Shown piece after piece: positions 59,818 to 64,000 of a stretch of 64,000 bases of DNA. The position numbers and the translations under genes were made by a program. A model generated the notes under the pieces. That model saw only the letters and a program-made list of their open reading frames with translations. It made no database searches and had not been told where the DNA came from. Each line of letters starts with the position of its first letter. Position 1 is the stretch's first letter. Source of the DNA: Gammaproteobacteria bacterium (GTDB lineage Bacteria > Pseudomonadota > Gammaproteobacteria > UBA4575); contig CBDCUI010000009.1 of assembly GCA_965222615.1 (NCBI GenBank), positions 640,001 to 704,000 of the forward strand. Direction: 5' to 3'.

Positions 59818-61392
59818 TTATTCCCATTCAATAGTTGCCGGTGGTTTACCGGAAATATCGTAAGTCACTCTCGAAATACCTTCTACTTCATTGATGATGC
59901 GACGTGACACGTGATCTAAGAACTCATAAGGTAGTTTTGCCCAACGAGCTGTCATGAAGTCAATCGTTTCTACGGCACGCAGTGCAATTACATATTCGTA
60001 CTTTCTACCATCACCCATCACGCCTACTGACTTAACCGGTAAAAATACCGCAAAGGCTTGCGAAATTTGATCATATAAATTGTTATTTTTGAGTTCAGTA
60101 ATAAAAATATCATCCGCCAATCGTAGTAAGTTGGCATACTGTTTATTTACTGTACCCAATATGCGAACGCCCAAGCCTGGCCCCGGAAATGGATGCCGAT
60201 AAATAATGTCTCTAGGCAAACCCAGCTCTAAACCAATCGCACGCACTTCGTCTTTAAATAATTCTCGCAAAGGTTCAATTAATTTTAATTCCATATCTTC
60301 TGGCAAACCGGCCACATTATGATGAGATTTAATTAATTGTGCTTTTCCAGTTGCTGCCCCGGCCGATTCGATCACATCGGGGTAAATGGTGCCTTGTGCT
60401 AACCATTTTACATTACTGAATTGTTTAGCTTCTTCTTCGAATATTTTAATAAACAGATTGCCTATTATTTTACGTTTTTCTTCTGGATCGGATACATCTT
60501 TAAGTGCATTTAAATAGCGTTGTTCAGCATTTACGCGATCTACTTTTACACCCATATGTTTTGCAAAGGTTTGCATCACTTGATCCCCTTCGTGTAGACG
60601 AAGAAGCCCTGTATCTACAAAAATACAAGTAAGTTGATCACCGATTGCTTTGTGTAATAAAGCCGCAACAACGGATGAGTCTACACCCCCAGAAAGTGCA
60701 AGCAAGACTTCGTCTTCGTCTACTTGTTGTCGTATTGCCTCAATCGATTCTTGAATGATGTTTGCTGGCGTCCAATCAGTTTCACAGCCACATATTTTAT
60801 TTACAAACTGTTGTAAAATTTGTTTGCCTTGTTTGGTGTGAGTTACTTCAGGGTGAAATTGCAAACCAAATAGTTTTCGCTCTTCATTTGCAATTGCAGC
60901 AATTGGTGCACTTTCCGTACTGGCAATTGTTTTAAAACCCGCCGGTAATTTCACCACACGATCACCGTGTGACATCCAAACATCTAATATATCTACACCA
61001 TTCTTTTTATCAGAATCCGTTAATCCTGTGAAAAGCGCTGAATGCCCTTCCAAGGTCACTTGTGCGTAACCAAATTCCCGTTTTGCAGAAACCTCTACAT
61101 CTCCACCCATTTGTTTTGCTAACGCTTGCATGCCATAACAAATACCCAGAACTGGAATACCTAAATTCAAAATGGAAGCCGATACCTCAGGAGTATTGCC
61201 TAAAGTAACCGACTCCGGACCACCTGACAGCACAATACCCTTTGCATGGAATGCAGTAATATTCTCTGCAGATGCATCCCAAGGAAAAATTTCACAATAA
61301 GTCCCTATTTCACGAATACGACGTGCAATGAGTTGTGTGTATTGAGATCCATAATCAAGGATCAATACCTTATCTGCGTGAATATCTGTCAT
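59818..61392 (-). CDS. guaA: GMP synthase
   Basis: GICYGMQ, QFHPEV, SGGVDS, IKSHHNV and KPPATIEWE. Confidence 0.97.
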   Translation of the reverse strand: MTDIHADKVLILDYGSQYTQLIARRIREIGTYCEIFPWDASAENITAFHAKGIVLSGGPESVTLGNTPEVSASILNLGIPVLGICYGMQALAKQMGGDVEVSAKREFGYAQVTLEGHSALFTGLTDSDKKNGVDILDVWMSHGDRVVKLPAGFKTIASTESAPIAAIANEERKLFGLQFHPEVTHTKQGKQILQQFVNKICGCETDWTPANIIQESIEAIRQQVDEDEVLLALSGGVDSSVVAALLHKAIGDQLTCIFVDTGLLRLHEGDQVMQTFAKHMGVKVDRVNAEQRYLNALKDVSDPEEKRKIIGNLFIKIFEEEAKQFSNVKWLAQGTIYPDVIESAGAATGKAQLIKSHHNVAGLPEDMELKLIEPLRELFKDEVRAIGLELGLPRDIIYRHPFPGPGLGVRILGTVNKQYANLLRLADDIFITELKNNNLYDQISQAFAVFLPVKSVGVMGDGRKYEYVIALRAVETIDFMTARWAKLPYEFLDHVSRRIINEVEGISRVTYDISGKPPATIEWE

Positions 61393-61408
61393 GTATACAT
61401 ACTTTATC

Positions 61409-61569
61409 TGGATTGCCGCGTCGCTATTGCTCCTCGCAATGACTTGGGAGAATTAGTCATAATGTAAATATAAAAATAAATTTCATTTTGTTAAAATGAA
61501 TCATTGCGAGTAAAACGAAGCAATCTAGTAAATGATCTGTATCACCACGCCCTTTATTACTGCGATGAC
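61409..61569. repeat. REP-like palindromic repeats between guaB and guaA
   Basis: GGATTGCCGCG...CTCGCAATGAC (61409-61443), an inverted TCATTGCGAG...GAAGCAATCT (61501-61526), and a degenerate third copy. Confidence 0.65.
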
Positions 61570-61610
61570 ATATATAAAGGACACATAACGAAAACTAGCA
61601 ACGATACTTT

Positions 61611-63068
61611 TTATTCAATATGGTAGTTCGGCGCTTCTTTGGTAATTGTCACATCATGCACATGGCTTTCACGCATACCTGCTGAAGAGATTCTCACAAA
61701 TTCCGGTTTTGTGCGCATATCACTAACGTTGGCGCATCCAACATAGCCCATACTGGAGCGCAGTCCACCAAGTAATTGCTGAATAATCGTAACAACTGTG
61801 CCTTTGTAAGGTACACGTCCTTCAATTCCTTCTGGCACATACTTTTCTGTTTCCGATTCATCGTCTTGAAAATAGCGGTCACTAGAGCCCATTTGCATAG
61901 CCGATAATGAACCCATGCCCCGATATGTTTTATACGATCGACCTTGATACAGCTCCACTTCACCTGGAGCTTCTTTGGTACCAGCAAAGAGTCCACCAAT
62001 CATAACGCTATCCGCACCAGCGGCAATTGCCTTCGCCACATCACCAGAATAACGAATTCCCCCATCGGCAATGATAGGAACCGCAGATTTGATCGCTCGA
62101 TGCACATTATCGACTGCACTGATTTGTGGTACCCCTACTCCAGCCACAATCCTTGTAGTACAAATTGAGCCAGGACCAATGCCAACTTTAACTGCATCGG
62201 CACCAGCTTTAATTAAATCTTTGGCCGCATCACCCGTTGCAATATTGCCACCGACTACTTGTACATTAGAAAAGTTTTTCTTAATCCACTTGACCCGATC
62301 CAAGACTGATTGCGAATGTCCGTGCGCAGTATCCACCACAATAACGTCTACTCCCGCTGCCACTAATTCAGGAACACGCTCATCTGTTTCTGGCCCAACG
62401 CCTACTGCCGCACCGACTAACAGGCGGCCTTCTTCGTCTTTACATGCATAGGGGAAATCTTTTGATTTTTGTATATCTTTAACCGTAATAAGTCCGCGCA
62501 ATTCAAAATCATCATTAATAACTAGGACTTTTTCAATACGGTGTTCGTGCAGCAATTGCTTAATTTCTTTTTTACTCGCGCCTTCTTTTACAGTTACCAA
62601 TCTTTCTTGAGGCGTCATGATTTTTGAAACCGGCTCGTCTTTTCTGGTTTCAAAGCGCAAATCGCGGCTGGTCACAATTCCTAATAATGATTCTCCAGAA
62701 ACAACGGGTACTCCAGAAATATCTTTTGCACGAGTGAGCTCTAGAACCTCGCCAATACTGGTTGTGGGCTCTACACAAATAGGATCCTTGATCACACCAC
62801 TTTCAAACTTTTTAACCATACTCACTTCGTTGGCTTGCCTAGCAACGGAAAGATTCTTATGAATCACGCCAAAGCCACCTTCCTGTGCCAGTGAGATGGC
62901 CAGACGACCTTCGGTCACCGTATCCATGGCCGAGGAAAGCAACGGCATGTTTAAGCTAATTTCGCTAGTCAGCTTGGTTTTAAGCTCTACATCGCGCGGT
63001 AAGATACTAGAGTGGGCGGGTACTAGAGAAACATCGTCAAAAGTCAGCGCGTCTTGTTTGATTCGCAT
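61611..63068 (-). CDS. guaB: IMP dehydrogenase
   Basis: LTFDDV, CBS pair, [11 protein letters not shown] and YRGMGS. Confidence 0.97.
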   Translation of the reverse strand: MRIKQDALTFDDVSLVPAHSSILPRDVELKTKLTSEISLNMPLLSSAMDTVTEGRLAISLAQEGGFGVIHKNLSVARQANEVSMVKKFESGVIKDPICVEPTTSIGEVLELTRAKDISGVPVVSGESLLGIVTSRDLRFETRKDEPVSKIMTPQERLVTVKEGASKKEIKQLLHEHRIEKVLVINDDFELRGLITVKDIQKSKDFPYACKDEEGRLLVGAAVGVGPETDERVPELVAAGVDVIVVDTAHGHSQSVLDRVKWIKKNFSNVQVVGGNIATGDAAKDLIKAGADAVKVGIGPGSICTTRIVAGVGVPQISAVDNVHRAIKSAVPIIADGGIRYSGDVAKAIAAGADSVMIGGLFAGTKEAPGEVELYQGRSYKTYRGMGSLSAMQMGSSDRYFQDDESETEKYVPEGIEGRVPYKGTVVTIIQQLLGGLRSSMGYVGCANVSDMRTKPEFVRISSAGMRESHVHDVTITKEAPNYHIE

Positions 63069-63070
63069 AA

Positions 63071-63212
63071 GGGTACTGCTAAAAATAGTGGATTTTTTGA
63101 TGAGAGCAAGAAAGCACCGCGCACAGAGCCGCAGTGTATAAATAAATACATGAGGATTCGAGCATGGTGCTGCCGACGCTATCGCGAAAAAGATGCATTT
63201 TTAGTAGTGCCC
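63071..63212. mobile_element. 142-bp MITE-like element in the guaB leader
   Basis: Terminal IRs GGGTACTGCTAAAAAT / ATTTTTAGTAGTGCCC (14/16) and internal palindromes. Confidence 0.7.
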
Positions 63213-63232
63213 GAAGTTGTCCTTGCCATGGT

Positions 63233-63269
63233 GGCGGCCCATTATAGTCATTGTAAATTTCGCGGTAAA
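63233..63269 (-). promoter_or_regulatory. Sigma70 promoter of guaBA with GC-rich discriminator
   Basis: TTTACC-17bp-TATAAT-GGGCCGCC on the minus strand. Confidence 0.7.
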
Positions 63270-63320
63270 CTGAGTTTACACATTAATATTTTGAGCTAGC
63301 ACAAGATTGAATATTTCATT

Positions 63321-64000
63321 ATGCCGAAGATAGATGCTCCACAATTAGGCCTTGAACTCGAAGAGCGACAGATCTATTCCGTCAGCCAATTAAACTCTCA
63401 AGTTAAACAATTACTACAAAATAACTTCACTTTGATTTGGATTGAAGGAGAAATTTCTAACTTTGCCAAGCCCGCCTCTGGGCATATGTATTTTTCATTA
63501 AAAGATGAACAAGCCCAGGTACGCTGCGCTATGTTTCGTAATGCGAATCGAAAACTTGCTTTCCAGCCTGAAGATGGTGCTCAAGTTTTAATCCGCGCGC
63601 GCGTTGGGCTCTATGAGCCACGCGGAGAATACCAGCTTACCGTAGAGCATATGGAAGAAGCGGGTGTTGGAATTTTGCAGCGTAAATTTGAAGCATTGAA
63701 ACAAAAACTTAGCCAAGAAGGGCTATTTAGCGAAGCACATAAACAAACTTTGCCTCCTTTCCCAAGCAAATTAAGCGTTGTAACTTCAGCATCTGGGGCA
63801 GCAATTCGAGATATTCTCAGCGTGCTGCAACGCCGTTACCCCATTTTAGCCATACAGATTTACGCCGTACCTGTACAGGGCGAAGAATCTGCCAGTGCAA
63901 TTGTGCATGCCATTAAATCCATTAATCAGCACAAAAATAGCGATGTGATTATTTTAGCGCGTGGCGGAGGGTCAATCGAAGACCTTTGGTCTTTTAATGA
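63321..64000 (+). CDS. xseA: Exodeoxyribonuclease VII large subunit (partial, runs off the window)
   Basis: Manual translation: MPKID...SVSQLN...IWIEGEISNF...SGHMYFSLKD..AQVRCAMF...GAAIRDIL...ARGGGSIEDLWSFN. Divergent from guaB, as is usual. Confidence 0.95.
   Translation, partial: MPKIDAPQLGLELEERQIYSVSQLNSQVKQLLQNNFTLIWIEGEISNFAKPASGHMYFSLKDEQAQVRCAMFRNANRKLAFQPEDGAQVLIRARVGLYEPRGEYQLTVEHMEEAGVGILQRKFEALKQKLSQEGLFSEAHKQTLPPFPSKLSVVTSASGAAIRDILSVLQRRYPILAIQIYAVPVQGEESASAIVHAIKSINQHKNSDVIILARGGGSIEDLWSFN

Noticed and set aside
1100-63299. Many short antisense or overlapping ORFs in the track (e.g. 1100-1501, 7351-7710, 25998-26399, 62071-62451, 63054-63299)
   Set aside because: They are shadow frames of well-supported genes or of repeats, with no motifs of their own.

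Overview
AT-rich (roughly 35-40% GC by eye) Gammaproteobacteria-like chromosomal window with four parts. (1) 1-20 kb is a thiocyanate/cyanate-utilisation region: cobalt-type thiocyanate hydrolase scnB-scnA-scnC plus activator, a DsrE-family protein, an NrtA/CynA-type ABC transporter, cbtB, a divergent CynR-like LysR regulator, cyanase cynS, cbtBA, a TonB-dependent receptor and PepSY gene, and an AlgE-type porin. A conserved 40-bp LysR operator/promoter element (ATAG-N7-CTAT-N13-ACAAAGTMTT) precedes four of these units, which suggests one regulon. (2) 20-24 kb holds an IS30 element, low-GC accessory genes, and tRNA-Ser(GGA) with ~175-bp tRNA-3'-end repeats. (3) 24-44 kb contains a Rab-like GTPase/hybrid kinase/Hpt operon, icd, aceA, rraA, an atypical cysteine hydrolase and an acyl-CoA synthetase/Liv-type ABC cluster whose binding-protein gene is anomalously GC-rich. 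(4) 44-57 kb is a co-oriented cluster of a ThDP enzyme, two catalytically divergent citrate-synthase-fold proteins, a TonB receptor, an O-methyltransferase, a periplasmic binding protein and a 1505-aa kinase-REC-Hpt-GGDEF-EAL protein, which is a candidate small-molecule signal synthesis and sensing system. The window ends with mltF, tadA, guaA, guaB and a partial xseA. Several MITE/REP-like repeats are also present. All family assignments come from motif recognition, not database searches.
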